Shown: positions 1-10,008, counted from the first letter of the stretch. The stretch is DNA of 49,058 bases from a virus (IMGVR_UViG_3300033485_000022:1-49058); one strand, 5' to 3'. Made by a program: numbers and translations. Notes: generated by a model not told the origin, from the sequence alone.

Positions 1-126
1 TGTCTTACAGGCCCTTCTTGGGCCTGCGCGGTGTTGTGGCGCAAGTACCGACAACTTCAAAGGTCTGTTCGGTAAAGAAACCCTCCTAAACAAGTACGCC
101 GCGATCATGTCCGAGTCCCGCGATAC
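1..126. repeat. Terminal direct repeat, left copy (circular contig overlap)
   Basis: Bases 1-126 are identical to 48913-49038, and the primase-helicase reading frame is continuous across the junction. Confidence 0.95.
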
Positions 127-778
127 GAACCGCTCTGACATCGACAAACTTCTACAAACGTGGAAGGCGATCACCGGCGGCGACGTAATCAACGTGGCCC
201 GCAAGTACCGGGATGCCGTGGACGCTCGGCTATTTTGTCGGCTGACTTACGTGGCGAACGAGGCGATCCAGTTCGATGATGTGAGTCAGGCGATGGCAAG
301 CCGGATGAATCTGCTCTACTTCCCGAACAACTACCGCAAGCGCAATCCTGACCGGACGCTTGAACAGACGCTCAAGACTGAACTTCCCGGTATCGCCCTG
401 TGGGCGGTCGAGGGACTCAAGCGGCTGTTGGCAAATGATAAGTTCACAACGCCGGAGGCGAGCAAGGTCCATTTGGCGGCGTTGGCCGAATTGACGAACC
501 CGGTGGGCGTGATGTTGGAGGAGTGCTGCATCATGCACACTGGCAGCGATTTCGCCGCCTACGAGGTCGAGTGCAATCGGCTCTACAGCTTGTGGAAAGC
601 ATGGTGCGACAAGACCCGGACCAAGACGAGTCTGTCCCGCATCGGGTTCGGGATGAAGCTGAGCCATTTGGAAATCCCGATCACCCGGCAGCGGGTCGAG
701 GAGAACGGGAAGCGTAGTTATGTGTACCGTGGGCTTGAGATCAGGCCCGGAATCATGCAAGAATATTGTTTGGAGTGA
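1..778 (+). CDS. C-terminal part of primase-helicase (SF3/D5-like helicase and winged-helix end), continued from 47408
   Basis: Same frame as the open-ended ORF starting at 47408. Motifs KAITGGD..NVARKY, YVAN, SRMNLLYFPN and LYSLWKAWC are typical of P4/D5-type helicase C-termini. Confidence 0.9.
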   Translation, partial: VLQALLGPARCCGASTDNFKGLFGKETLLNKYAAIMSESRDTNRSDIDKLLQTWKAITGGDVINVARKYRDAVDARLFCRLTYVANEAIQFDDVSQAMASRMNLLYFPNNYRKRNPDRTLEQTLKTELPGIALWAVEGLKRLLANDKFTTPEASKVHLAALAELTNPVGVMLEECCIMHTGSDFAAYEVECNRLYSLWKAWCDKTRTKTSLSRIGFGMKLSHLEIPITRQRVEENGKRSYVYRGLEIRPGIMQEYCLE

Positions 779-782
779 GATC

Positions 783-959
783 ATGTACGAGTGTATGGAC
801 TGTGGCGCGGAGTTTGAGACGCCCGCTATGAGTGACACACCGGAAGGCGAGTGCCCCGAATGTGGCAGCGACGACATCATGGAGGTCGATGACTACTACG
901 AGGCCGAGACCGTCGATGACCTGATGGACGAACTCGATAGCGAGGAGGAAATCTTATGA
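783..959 (+). CDS. Small zinc-ribbon protein with acidic tail
   Basis: MYECMDCG...CPECGS; GGAG RBS upstream; stop overlaps the next start. Confidence 0.7.
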   Translation: MYECMDCGAEFETPAMSDTPEGECPECGSDDIMEVDDYYEAETVDDLMDELDSEEEIL

Positions 960-1219
960 GTGTACGAGACGACGTTTTCAACATGGTCCACGATGAACGC
1001 GAGCGGCAAATCACCTTGGCCCACGGCGGGGACACCGAGGAGTTTGACAAGGGCAATTCACAGAACGATTGGATTGCCTACGTGAACGCCTACACCGGCC
1101 GGGCCGCCCAAAAGGTATTCCGCAACGAGAAAGAGGGACAGACGTTCCTTACTAACATGACAAAGGCGGCGGCGATTTGCTTGGCGGCACTTGAGGCCCA
1201 CATGAAAGGGTACTGCTGA
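956..1219 (+). CDS. Small helical protein, possibly MazG-like NTP pyrophosphatase fold
   Basis: ERERQ...W...AAAICLAALE pattern resembles small phage MazG-like proteins; GAGGAGG RBS. Confidence 0.45.
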   Translation: MSVRDDVFNMVHDERERQITLAHGGDTEEFDKGNSQNDWIAYVNAYTGRAAQKVFRNEKEGQTFLTNMTKAAAICLAALEAHMKGYC

Positions 1220-1857
1220 TGAAAACAACCCTCTCCATTATCTGTATCCTCGCCCTCGGCCTCGGCATCGGGTGTGCGAGTCTGTCGGACTACATCACCC
1301 CGGCGACCGTGGATCAACACGCAGTAGCCTACGCCGCGAGTGCCGGCGTGGTTGACGCCAACGACTTCGACGGGTACGCCAACCTCGAAAAAGCCATCCG
1401 GCTTGAGGTCGCGGTCGGCAATGCCTACGAGGTTAAGACCCTCGTACTGACCCAGATGCAAGAGAAGAACCAACTTGATTATGGTGTCCTCCGCGGCGTG
1501 ACCGTGAATAACACCAAGATCGCCCGCGAGCGCGAGGCCGCGCTGTTCGGGGAGACCGGCCTGCTCTCAATGGGGCTTTCCCTGCTCGGCGTCGGTGGAC
1601 TCGGCGGCATCCTCGGCCTGATGCGTAAGCGACCGGGTGACATCACGCCGCAGGAGTTGGAGCAGACCGTCGCCGACATCAAGGGCGAGGTTACGGCCAA
1701 GGATCGGCAGTTTATTGAGGTTGTCAAAGGCGTGCAGGCGTTTATCGACAGTCACAAGGATGATGGCATTGCCTCAGAGTTGAAGGCGGCTATCAGTCTC
1801 GTGCGGTCGGCGGACACCAAAGAGGCTATCGCGTTGGCAAAGGCGGTGATCGCGTGA
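1219..1857 (+). CDS. Predicted lipoprotein with internal transmembrane segment
   Basis: Signal peptide with lipobox-like LGIGC; second hydrophobic Gly-rich stretch GLLSMGLSLLGVGGLGGILGLM followed by RKR. Confidence 0.7.
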   Translation: MKTTLSIICILALGLGIGCASLSDYITPATVDQHAVAYAASAGVVDANDFDGYANLEKAIRLEVAVGNAYEVKTLVLTQMQEKNQLDYGVLRGVTVNNTKIAREREAALFGETGLLSMGLSLLGVGGLGGILGLMRKRPGDITPQELEQTVADIKGEVTAKDRQFIEVVKGVQAFIDSHKDDGIASELKAAISLVRSADTKEAIALAKAVIA

Positions 1858-3833
1858 CCATCACACTGACCACTCCTGTAAAAGAACTCCGTGGCGTTGG
1901 GCCGTCGAAATCGGCGGCCCTTGCACGCCTCGGCATCAAGACTGTAGACGACCTCCTGCACCACTACCCATCGGGGTACTACTTCGCGCCGCCGGTCGGG
2001 TCATCCGATGATTTGGAGATCGACAAACCGATCACCCTCTACAGTAAGGTCGAGCGAGTCCAATATACAGGATTCACCGGGAATACGCGATTTGTAGCCC
2101 ATCTTGCAGGATATGATGTCACATGGTTTAACGGCGGTTATCTCCGTGAGGTCATATTCTCCGGCTCCTACTTGATGATTTCCGGGGTCCCCGAACATGA
2201 CAAGTTCGGATTTACAGGGTTCTTCCACCCCGCTTTCAAGGTCCTCAAACCCGACGAGACCCCGAACCCCGCGGACCTCAACACCGTTACATACCCGGTG
2301 ACATCGGGAATCACGAGCAAGGATATCACGCGGTTGGTGCGGCAAGTGCTTGATAGCAGTGTCGGGCAAGATTTACCATTCTCTATCTACGACATCCATC
2401 ATCCCGATTGTCAAATGGATGTGGATAATGCTCGTCTTGTATTGAAACACGACGAGCTATTCTACATGCAACTCGCCCTCGCCGTTCGCCAGGCCCGGCG
2501 CGAACAGGTGCCGCCGAATGTGCGGTGCCTCGTACCGAATCCCGCACAGGTCGATAAAACATTGGGATATTTTCCGTTTGAGTTCACAGATGACCAATAT
2601 GATGTTATGTGGGAGGTTGTGTTTGATCTCTGCGCCCCCCGTGCCATGAACCGCCTCCTCCAAGGCGATGTAGGGTGTGGCAAGACCGCCGTGGCCGCCT
2701 ACGCCGCTATTGTCACGGCGTTCAACGGCGGGCAGACGGCGATCCTCTGCCCGACCGAGATTCTTGCCCGGCAGCACTACGAGACGGTCAAGGGGTATTT
2801 CGAGAGGGCGGGGGTACGGTGTTGCCTCATGGTGAGCGGGCAGATGTCCGCCAGAGACTACTACAATGTCGATATCGTAGTGGGTACGACGGCCATTCTC
2901 ACGGAATGTGCCCACTGGCGGAATCTCGGCCTCGTCATCATAGACGAGCAACACAAGTTCGGCGTCGAGCAGCGCGCCGCCCTGCGCCGTCACGGCAACC
3001 CCCATTGCCTCGTGATGACCGCGACCCCGATCCCTCGGACGATGGCGATGACCGTGTTCGGGGACCTTGATGTCAGCACTATCAAGACGATGCCGCCGGG
3101 GAGAGTACCTGTAATAACCAAGTGGTGCAGTCGTGACGGCAAATTGACCGGCGTGGCGATGGCTACTATAGTCAACGAACTCTCCGCCGGCCATCAGGTC
3201 TATGTCGTCTGCCCCCGGATCGAGGCCCTCGATGACGAGATGCGAGCGGTGGAGGAAGTATGGCGGGAATATCACGAGCTATTCCCCGATGCCCAAGTCG
3301 TTGCCTTGCACGGGCAGATGCCCTCTTGGGTAAAAACAGATGTATCCCGATGGTGGGCCGAGTCATACGGTAAGGGCCGGATTCTCGTCTCTACTACAGT
3401 TGTAGAAGTCGGGGTGGACAACCCTAACGCGACGGTCATGGTGATCGAGGGTGCCGAGCGGTTCGGTCTCGCCCAACTCCACCAGCTACGCGGGCGTGTG
3501 GGTCGGGGCAAGGATCAGAGCTATTGTTTCCTCCTCAGTGACACCGACTCCACCGAGGCCCGCGCCCGGCTCAAGGCGATGGAGCGCACGAATGACGGGT
3601 TCGAGATCGCTGAGGCCGACCTGCGCCAGCGCGGGCCGGGCGACCTCCTCAGTACCAAGCAGCACGGTCTACCGGACTTGCGTATCGCAGATTTGGTAGA
3701 GGACTATGACCTGCTCGTGGAGGCCCGGCGTGAGGCACGGGCGATGGTTGCCGAGGGACCGCTGCCGGCGTCGGTGCAAGCGGAATTGGAGAAGCGATTT
3801 GGTAGTAATCTATTGTTGGGAGATGCGGCATGA
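1854..3833 (+). CDS. recG: ATP-dependent DNA helicase RecG
   Basis: LRGVGP N-terminus, RLLQGDVGCGKT, PTEILARQH, IIDEQHKFGVEQR, MTATPIPRT, AERFGLAQLHQLRGRVGRG, DLRQRGPGD (TRG motif). Confidence 0.93.
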   Translation: MTITLTTPVKELRGVGPSKSAALARLGIKTVDDLLHHYPSGYYFAPPVGSSDDLEIDKPITLYSKVERVQYTGFTGNTRFVAHLAGYDVTWFNGGYLREVIFSGSYLMISGVPEHDKFGFTGFFHPAFKVLKPDETPNPADLNTVTYPVTSGITSKDITRLVRQVLDSSVGQDLPFSIYDIHHPDCQMDVDNARLVLKHDELFYMQLALAVRQARREQVPPNVRCLVPNPAQVDKTLGYFPFEFTDDQYDVMWEVVFDLCAPRAMNRLLQGDVGCGKTAVAAYAAIVTAFNGGQTAILCPTEILARQHYETVKGYFERAGVRCCLMVSGQMSARDYYNVDIVVGTTAILTECAHWRNLGLVIIDEQHKFGVEQRAALRRHGNPHCLVMTATPIPRTMAMTVFGDLDVSTIKTMPPGRVPVITKWCSRDGKLTGVAMATIVNELSAGHQVYVVCPRIEALDDEMRAVEEVWREYHELFPDAQVVALHGQMPSWVKTDVSRWWAESYGKGRILVSTTVVEVGVDNPNATVMVIEGAERFGLAQLHQLRGRVGRGKDQSYCFLLSDTDSTEARARLKAMERTNDGFEIAEADLRQRGPGDLLSTKQHGLPDLRIADLVEDYDLLVEARREARAMVAEGPLPASVQAELEKRFGSNLLLGDAA

Positions 3834-4042
3834 AGTGGTATATGCGATTACGTAAATGGTGGAGGATTCGGCATGACCAATGCCCGATTTGTGGATGCAG
3901 TCTCGACTATCGCGACGCGACGTGGGATGAATATTTTGATGGTAATGTTGTAGCGTGGCTTTTCTGCCCCAATGGGCACGGTAAGAGAGTTCACACGCGA
4001 TCTAATCCGCAATTTCCGACTTATTCTGGCGATTACCTGTGA
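3830..4042 (+). CDS. Hypothetical Zn-finger protein
   Basis: CPIC...CPNGH; ATGA overlap with recG. Confidence 0.55.
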   Translation: MKWYMRLRKWWRIRHDQCPICGCSLDYRDATWDEYFDGNVVAWLFCPNGHGKRVHTRSNPQFPTYSGDYL

Positions 4043-4278
4043 TCCACCACCCTGACCAAATCCTCACTTGGCTTCGCACCCACGCCGACCGGGACCGGGT
4101 AGTTCAGAACGCTCTTGCAATGCCGCGAGCCGTGACGGTCTGCTCGGTCCTGCGGCGGGGATGGTCGGTGAGGGTTGTGTCACGCCGAGGAGTGGAGTAC
4201 AATTTGATGGTGGTAATGGACCCGGTGACAGGTGATCCGTGTAGATGGTACAGGAGTGCGAACAATGTGGTTACATGA
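4039..4278 (+). CDS. Hypothetical protein
   Basis: GTGA overlap with previous gene; tight packing. Confidence 0.5.
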   Translation: MIHHPDQILTWLRTHADRDRVVQNALAMPRAVTVCSVLRRGWSVRVVSRRGVEYNLMVVMDPVTGDPCRWYRSANNVVT

Positions 4279-4415
4279 ACATACTTGGTTATTGTGTAGA
4301 ACCGGGCGGAAACCCCGGAAGTACCGTTGGTATCATAGACAGTTTCCCCGGTTGTTTCTTCGGCTGGGGGACTCTCTACAATGCCCGTGCGGTTGCGTGC
4401 AGCGGTGGGTGAAAT

Positions 4416-4628
4416 ATGAGCGTAACTGATCTAATCCCCCGCGACCAGATTCAAACGTATCTGCGCAAGCGCACGGGCACGCTGGTATCCAAGCAACGCA
4501 TCACCCGATGGGTGAACGCCGGGGAACTCCGCACCGTGCGGATTCCCCGGCGGTGCAAGTGGTGTAAGCCGGGGCTCTACATCAGTCGGCAGTCGCTTGA
4601 GACACTTATTTCCCGCTACTCAGCATGA
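4416..4628 (+). CDS. Small helix-turn-helix DNA-binding protein (excisionase/MerR-like)
   Basis: VSKQRITRWVNAGEL...YISRQSLE pattern of HTH_17/Xis-like proteins; GGGTGA RBS. Confidence 0.6.
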   Translation: MSVTDLIPRDQIQTYLRKRTGTLVSKQRITRWVNAGELRTVRIPRRCKWCKPGLYISRQSLETLISRYSA

Positions 4629-4800
4629 CGATCAGCGAAACCACCGTCGTCCCCAAGGCCAGAATCGCGGACACTACCGCAGCCACAAACGCTTGCGAGA
4701 GCCGGGCGTGAAGCTCGACGTGTTTGTTAGTCCATTCTACCAGTTGCTCGGTACGCTCATCAACCCGGATTAACAATTCAACTTTCTCCTCGTGTGTCAT
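4606..4800 (-). CDS. Small membrane protein, holin candidate
   Basis: LIRVDERT coiled segment plus C-terminal hydrophobic helix; last gene of the structural arm. Confidence 0.5.
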   Translation of the reverse strand: MTHEEKVELLIRVDERTEQLVEWTNKHVELHARLSQAFVAAVVSAILALGTTVVSLIVMLSSGK

Positions 4801-7800
4801 TTCCGTAATCTCCTCCGCACCGGCTCCCGGCGCACGGGGCCGCGTTTCTTCGGCGTGTAGGTCTGCACACCCTCGCCAAACAGATTCAGCATTTCCAACG
4901 CTGCCCCCTTGGGCACTCCCTGATCCTTGATGAGTTTCAACACGTCCTCGAAACCGAGCGGAACAACCGCCTTCCCCAACTCATCGGCCAGCGTGATCGG
5001 CTCGCCGGTGAAGTCCTTGCCGGTCCATATATCCACCACGAGTCCGGGGAAGTACCCCAATTTGCCCCGTGCGAACCGCAGAGCCACGCTGCCCCGCGTG
5101 TCCCCGCGATAAGGGAAATCGGGAGCGTTGGGACTCAACGGTACAATCTCCCCCTTCTGGGTCTTGGTCTCGCTCCGCAGTACCCGCTCGCCCAGAACTG
5201 TAACTTGCGAGAGCCCGGACAACGGATCGAGCCGCGTATTGCCGATCACGATTTTCCCGAAGTTCGACGACCGGCGATCGCGCTCCACCTTGCCGCCGAA
5301 CACATGCTCATAGAGCCACGTCATCGCCGCGACTCCGGCCAAGTATCGGGCGTACTCTTGAGCGATGATGCGCCGGGTCCGCCACGTCGGGGCCTGGCCG
5401 ATGGGCATACCGAGCCGGTACTGAATCCGGCTGACGGTAAAGCGCGGGGACCAGAGCAGGCCATTAAGGACCGGCGTGTACTTCTCCAATCCCGCCATCG
5501 ACCCGCGGCCGGTCATCACGTTCACGTAGTTCGCGATGGCCTTGGACTCGTCCAGAGACAATCCACCCGGCCGCCGCCAGCCGCGCTCCATCGCATCAAA
5601 CGAGTCACGACGAATCATGTTGAGCAGAGTGACAAACCCACGATTCGACCCCCGGACCAGCTTTCCGATACCGGGTGCCCGCTCGATCAGATTGCCAGAA
5701 AACGCCTCCTCGCGGGCGTTGAGTCCCCCGGCGTAGTCGGTGAACTCCAAGCCGACACGGTTGTACCACCACGACCGCTCACCGTTGAACATCTCATTCT
5801 GAATCTTCCATGCCTTCTCCGGGTCGAACGCCGCCCGGATCGCCTCCGGCAACCGCCGCAGAGTGCGGATCGGGTGGGACCGCAAGGCAATACCGCCCTG
5901 CCGGGCGAGAGCCGACATATCGAGAGACGACTTCCACTCCTGCACGTCACGGAACGGCTGGGTGATAGCCCGGAGTGGGTGATTCCAGATCGGATCGAGT
6001 TGGGCGATGCGTTTGTTAAGCTCCTGCCGGGCACGATAAATCTGATAGTCGAGTTTCTCCAACTCCTCGCTGCGCAGGGGTTTCTCGCCCTTGGGCGGCA
6101 ACTGGTAGTCGCCGGTGCGGAGCCGCTCCTGCAATCGGGCCAACTGTTTTTCGAGTCGGGCCTTTTGCCCGCCCTTGCTTTCGGCGATCCGCTTCCGCAA
6201 TTGCTCCACGACTTCGCGGAGTGCGACGACCATCGGGACAGGTTCCCGCTCGCCGATCTTGGGGGCCTTTTGCGGCGCGGTGCCGGCGTTCAGGTGGTCT
6301 TGTAGGGATTTGACCGTGGCCCGCAGCGTGTCGATCTCACGTTGGGCCGCTGCCTGCCGACTAAGTTCTGTCTGCAATGCCGCCTTGCGGGATCGCAACT
6401 CATCGAGTTCATCCAACTCGCGAACTTGCTCGGTACGGGGCATCTTCTGGTACGCCCCCTCCTCGGCCCGCTTTTCGAGAGCGGCGATCTCCCGCTCTAA
6501 CTTCTGCATCTTGGCGGCGTTGTCCGATACCTTCGCCCGCTTGTTGAACTCCGCTTGAAGTCGTTTGTACTTGGCCTGTAGATCGGCCACAACCTCGCTC
6601 ACGGGACCGCGCTCTTTGATGGTGAAGTCGCCGGAGGCAATTCGGTTTTCGAGGGTCGAGATCAGACGCTCATACTTCGCGATCTGTGCCGGCTCGCTGT
6701 CCTTCAACTGCTCTTTGTAGTGGGCGAGCGTATCGCGGAGAGCCCGGATATGCTCGTTCTCATTCCGCAGATTGCGGTTCGGCTCCGGCACTGTCCCCTC
6801 TTCAAGATGCCAGAGAATCTCATCAATCGCCGTTCGTAGCCGCTTGTCGGTGCGGGCCTCCCGGCGGAGGGTTTGGAGCAACAGCCGCATCTCGTCCACG
6901 TCCCGTGCTTTCTTGGTCGTGGCGTTCACGATGGCGTCGGACAGGCTGTACCGATTGATCTGGTCGAAGTCCGATTGCAGCCGGGCCGCGACATCGGACA
7001 CGCCTCGGATGCCCGGCCGCGAGCCGAGGTTCATCGCCATATTGTAGAACAGTTTATCGAGATTATCGTCCTCGCTCGGATTCTTGGCCCGCTCCATGAG
7101 TTCGGCCAATTCCGCGTCTTTCTCCGCTTCGGTCATCTTGGAGTATCGAGATCGACTTTGGCGGATCGCCTGGTTCGCCTTGCGGGTCGTCTCGATCTTG
7201 CGGACCTTCTCCGCTCGCTCCACGGTCTCTTTAACTTCTGCCGACTTGGCGTGGACCTCCGCCGTCTCAGCGGGGGTCAACCTGTCGCCCTTGATTTCCT
7301 CGGCCTTGGCCTCCATCGCCGAGGGACTCATTTCATCTTCCAAGAGCCGGGCCGCCGGGTTCTGGCGGGACAGACCAGTAAAGGACCATTCCCGTCCACC
7401 AAGTTTCGTCACTTGTGACAGGTTGTCGATGTGATCCTGATAGGTCTTGCGGGCCTCGATGTTTGTCTTAAGTTCCTGGCTATTGGCCGGCAAGTCTTTA
7501 GCCTTAGCAATAAGAGCGTCTCGTGCATCGCGGACTTCCACGATACGCTTGCGGAAACCCTGCTCCTCCGCCGGAGTCATCGCCCGCGGGTTGGCGAGAA
7601 TCTCCGCCGTCAAGGCATCGACCTCCCCGGCAGATGGGGCCTCGGCCGCCCATTGGGCTTGCCGCTCAGCCAAAGGCACGCGCCCGGTCCTTTGCAACGG
7701 GGGCAGATCGGCCTCCGCCCGTACCGCGGCGGTGTCTACGTTGCGGGTAGAGATCGGAGGACGTTCGCCGGTGGCAACCGCCGGTTGTGGCTCACCTGTT

Positions 7801-8921
7801 ACCAACGAAGGCTCTTGTGGCGCACCAACCGGGGGTTTCTGCACCTCAACCTCCTGCCCCACAGCCCCCTCCATACGCACGCGCGTCTTAGCCGTAGCCG
7901 ACGACACATCCTCCGGCCCGGCGAACGGCGACACGAACGCCTCCGGTTCCTCCATCGCTGCGACCTTCTCGATGGTGTCCAACGCCGCTTCCTTGCGAAT
8001 CGCGGTCCCCAATTCCCCAAGGCCGCGCTTGACACCCAGAGCGGTTTTCATCGGCCCGCCGACTGCCGTACCACCCGCAATCGCCGTCAGAACTTTCTCA
8101 AGATTCTGCCGGGTCAATGACTCCTCCCCGTGGATCGTGGCCGCCCCGATCTGTGTGACCTGCTGTAAACCTTCCTCCAAACCCTCAGCCGCAGCACCGA
8201 TAGCCTGGCGGGCGGTAATCTTTCCCCCTTGCTTCACCATCTGACCATAGAGCTTTTTCCGCGCGGCATTGACTAACACCGGCATCGCCGACTTGCCGAC
8301 CTTGAGAACCTCATCGGCCTGCAACCGTTCAAGCAAACCCATGACCGGCCCAGCAATCCACCGCTCGGTCTCGGCCTGCTCGTGGGTCGCCCCCGCCTTA
8401 CGGGCCTCCTGATAGACCATCTCCCCACCCGTCGCCGTACCCACGGCGAGGGGTCCCACCGGGCCGAAAATCGAGGACGCCACGGATGCCACGAGTACCG
8501 GCGCGGTCTCACCGGCGGTGTTTACGATGAACCCCGCCGGACCCGTCCACGTAGGAGCGAGCGAGGGAGCATCGGCGGTCTTGTAGATGTCGGCGGCCTT
8601 ACGGCGCAACCGGCGCACCGCGGCCTCGTTGCCTGCCTGTACCTCCGGTGTCTTGATGTACCACCCACCGGGCACCTGCGCTCCGGCTTCCATCAGGGAC
8701 GCCAGCGCACCGGAGGCCGTCGCCGCGGCTTTGATCCCGCCGCGAGCGAGAGCGTGCCGGGCCTCCTCACGCAGCGGGGCGGGGGCCTTGGGCTCCGGGG
8801 CCAACGCCTGCCGGGCGGCAGCGAGGAGATCGGGAGTCACCTGCGGCTCGCGGCGTTGCAACTCAGTCAGGGCCTCACGACGGCGCAATTCGGCACGGGC
8901 TTGTTCTGGGGTAATCGGCAT
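4797..8921 (-). CDS. Large internal virion/DNA-ejection protein (1374 aa)
   Basis: Size, position at the end of a podovirus-like tail module, Gly/Ala-rich amphipathic N-terminal region, long coiled-coil repeats. Confidence 0.65.
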   Translation of the reverse strand: MPITPEQARAELRRREALTELQRREPQVTPDLLAAARQALAPEPKAPAPLREEARHALARGGIKAAATASGALASLMEAGAQVPGGWYIKTPEVQAGNEAAVRRLRRKAADIYKTADAPSLAPTWTGPAGFIVNTAGETAPVLVASVASSIFGPVGPLAVGTATGGEMVYQEARKAGATHEQAETERWIAGPVMGLLERLQADEVLKVGKSAMPVLVNAARKKLYGQMVKQGGKITARQAIGAAAEGLEEGLQQVTQIGAATIHGEESLTRQNLEKVLTAIAGGTAVGGPMKTALGVKRGLGELGTAIRKEAALDTIEKVAAMEEPEAFVSPFAGPEDVSSATAKTRVRMEGAVGQEVEVQKPPVGAPQEPSLVTGEPQPAVATGERPPISTRNVDTAAVRAEADLPPLQRTGRVPLAERQAQWAAEAPSAGEVDALTAEILANPRAMTPAEEQGFRKRIVEVRDARDALIAKAKDLPANSQELKTNIEARKTYQDHIDNLSQVTKLGGREWSFTGLSRQNPAARLLEDEMSPSAMEAKAEEIKGDRLTPAETAEVHAKSAEVKETVERAEKVRKIETTRKANQAIRQSRSRYSKMTEAEKDAELAELMERAKNPSEDDNLDKLFYNMAMNLGSRPGIRGVSDVAARLQSDFDQINRYSLSDAIVNATTKKARDVDEMRLLLQTLRREARTDKRLRTAIDEILWHLEEGTVPEPNRNLRNENEHIRALRDTLAHYKEQLKDSEPAQIAKYERLISTLENRIASGDFTIKERGPVSEVVADLQAKYKRLQAEFNKRAKVSDNAAKMQKLEREIAALEKRAEEGAYQKMPRTEQVRELDELDELRSRKAALQTELSRQAAAQREIDTLRATVKSLQDHLNAGTAPQKAPKIGEREPVPMVVALREVVEQLRKRIAESKGGQKARLEKQLARLQERLRTGDYQLPPKGEKPLRSEELEKLDYQIYRARQELNKRIAQLDPIWNHPLRAITQPFRDVQEWKSSLDMSALARQGGIALRSHPIRTLRRLPEAIRAAFDPEKAWKIQNEMFNGERSWWYNRVGLEFTDYAGGLNAREEAFSGNLIERAPGIGKLVRGSNRGFVTLLNMIRRDSFDAMERGWRRPGGLSLDESKAIANYVNVMTGRGSMAGLEKYTPVLNGLLWSPRFTVSRIQYRLGMPIGQAPTWRTRRIIAQEYARYLAGVAAMTWLYEHVFGGKVERDRRSSNFGKIVIGNTRLDPLSGLSQVTVLGERVLRSETKTQKGEIVPLSPNAPDFPYRGDTRGSVALRFARGKLGYFPGLVVDIWTGKDFTGEPITLADELGKAVVPLGFEDVLKLIKDQGVPKGAALEMLNLFGEGVQTYTPKKRGPVRREPVRRRLRK

Positions 8922-8924
8922 AGG

Positions 8925-9998
8925 TTACAATCCTGCAATACGGCGAAGTTCGGCGTCGGAGAGTTTCGATACGTCGTTCGGGTCGGCGGCTACTGTCCGC
9001 GGAGCCACACTCTGCGCAATCGGACTCGCGGACTTCCGGGCAACCGCCAGCGTAGGAATATGTCGTCCCATGATCTGCTCGCGGTAGACCCGCTCCTGCT
9101 CGATCAGGGAACTAACATAGGGTTTCAACTCATAGTACCGGCGAACTTCCTCCGGGGTTGCATCTTGGAACAAATCCTCGTTGCCCTCATAACCGAGCCC
9201 GGAGTATTTGCTATTGTCCCTGTACTCCGGCTTGAGGACTTTCAACCGCTCCGGGGACGTGGATTTCCAAAACAGACTCCCGCTCGTCTTGGCCGGGGCC
9301 ATGACGTACTGATCCATCTCCCGCTCGAACGCCTGCCGCACCGGGACGACCTCCGCCAATGCCTGCTTGGGGGATAGGTCCTTGGCCTTGAGCATCGACG
9401 CCGGCACATCTTTCCCTACTGCCTTGTATTGTAGTGACATTGCCTCGGAGGGGTCGAGTTTGCCGCTGTCGGCGAGGCTCTGGTACAGTTGAACCTCCCG
9501 CTGTTGGAGGACCATGTTCATCGCGGCGGTACTCTTGGCCTGCTGCTCGGCGGCGTCAAGAGCCTCCATGTCACCGCGAATCTTCGCTTGGAGGTCGAGC
9601 TTCTTTTTCCGGTAGGTCGTCTCCAAGTCCTTCACCCGCTGCTGCTTGGCGGCGGCGTCCAGATCGGAATTGTTGACAGCCTCAACATCGAGCATGGCCT
9701 TTTGATAGGCGAGGTCGATGTCGGGGTCAATGGACTTCTGCAATGCCTCCCGCTTGGTCTTGAACTGACCGAGGACCGTATCGAGGGCGGTCTTGCTGTC
9801 GGCGGTGAGGATGTCGAGCGGGTTGCCGAGGGTCTGTGCCGTGGGCTGCGACGGCGCGGGGGCGATCTCCACCCACGGCTGCGAGCCCGTGCGCATTTCC
9901 GCGAGGTTCCGCTGCACCGTCGCGTTCTGCCGCTCGATCATGGTCCGATCTTCGGGGTTCTCGGCTTCATTCAAACTGACAAAAGGTAGTCCGGGCAT
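8925..9998 (-). CDS. Probable internal virion (ejection) protein
   Basis: AGGAG RBS before the ATG at 9998; helical; C-terminal DVSKLSDAEL motif; position. Confidence 0.55.
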   Translation of the reverse strand: MPGLPFVSLNEAENPEDRTMIERQNATVQRNLAEMRTGSQPWVEIAPAPSQPTAQTLGNPLDILTADSKTALDTVLGQFKTKREALQKSIDPDIDLAYQKAMLDVEAVNNSDLDAAAKQQRVKDLETTYRKKKLDLQAKIRGDMEALDAAEQQAKSTAAMNMVLQQREVQLYQSLADSGKLDPSEAMSLQYKAVGKDVPASMLKAKDLSPKQALAEVVPVRQAFEREMDQYVMAPAKTSGSLFWKSTSPERLKVLKPEYRDNSKYSGLGYEGNEDLFQDATPEEVRRYYELKPYVSSLIEQERVYREQIMGRHIPTLAVARKSASPIAQSVAPRTVAADPNDVSKLSDAELRRIAGL

Positions 9999-10008
9999 TG
10001 CTTGTCTC

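Noticed and set aside
1-126. Biological terminal repeat of the virion DNA
   Set aside because: It lies mid-gene and its length is close to a typical assembler k-mer, so it is more likely a circular-contig overlap
4416-4628. Integration/excision module
   Set aside because: An Xis-like HTH is present, but no tyrosine or serine integrase or att site was recognised
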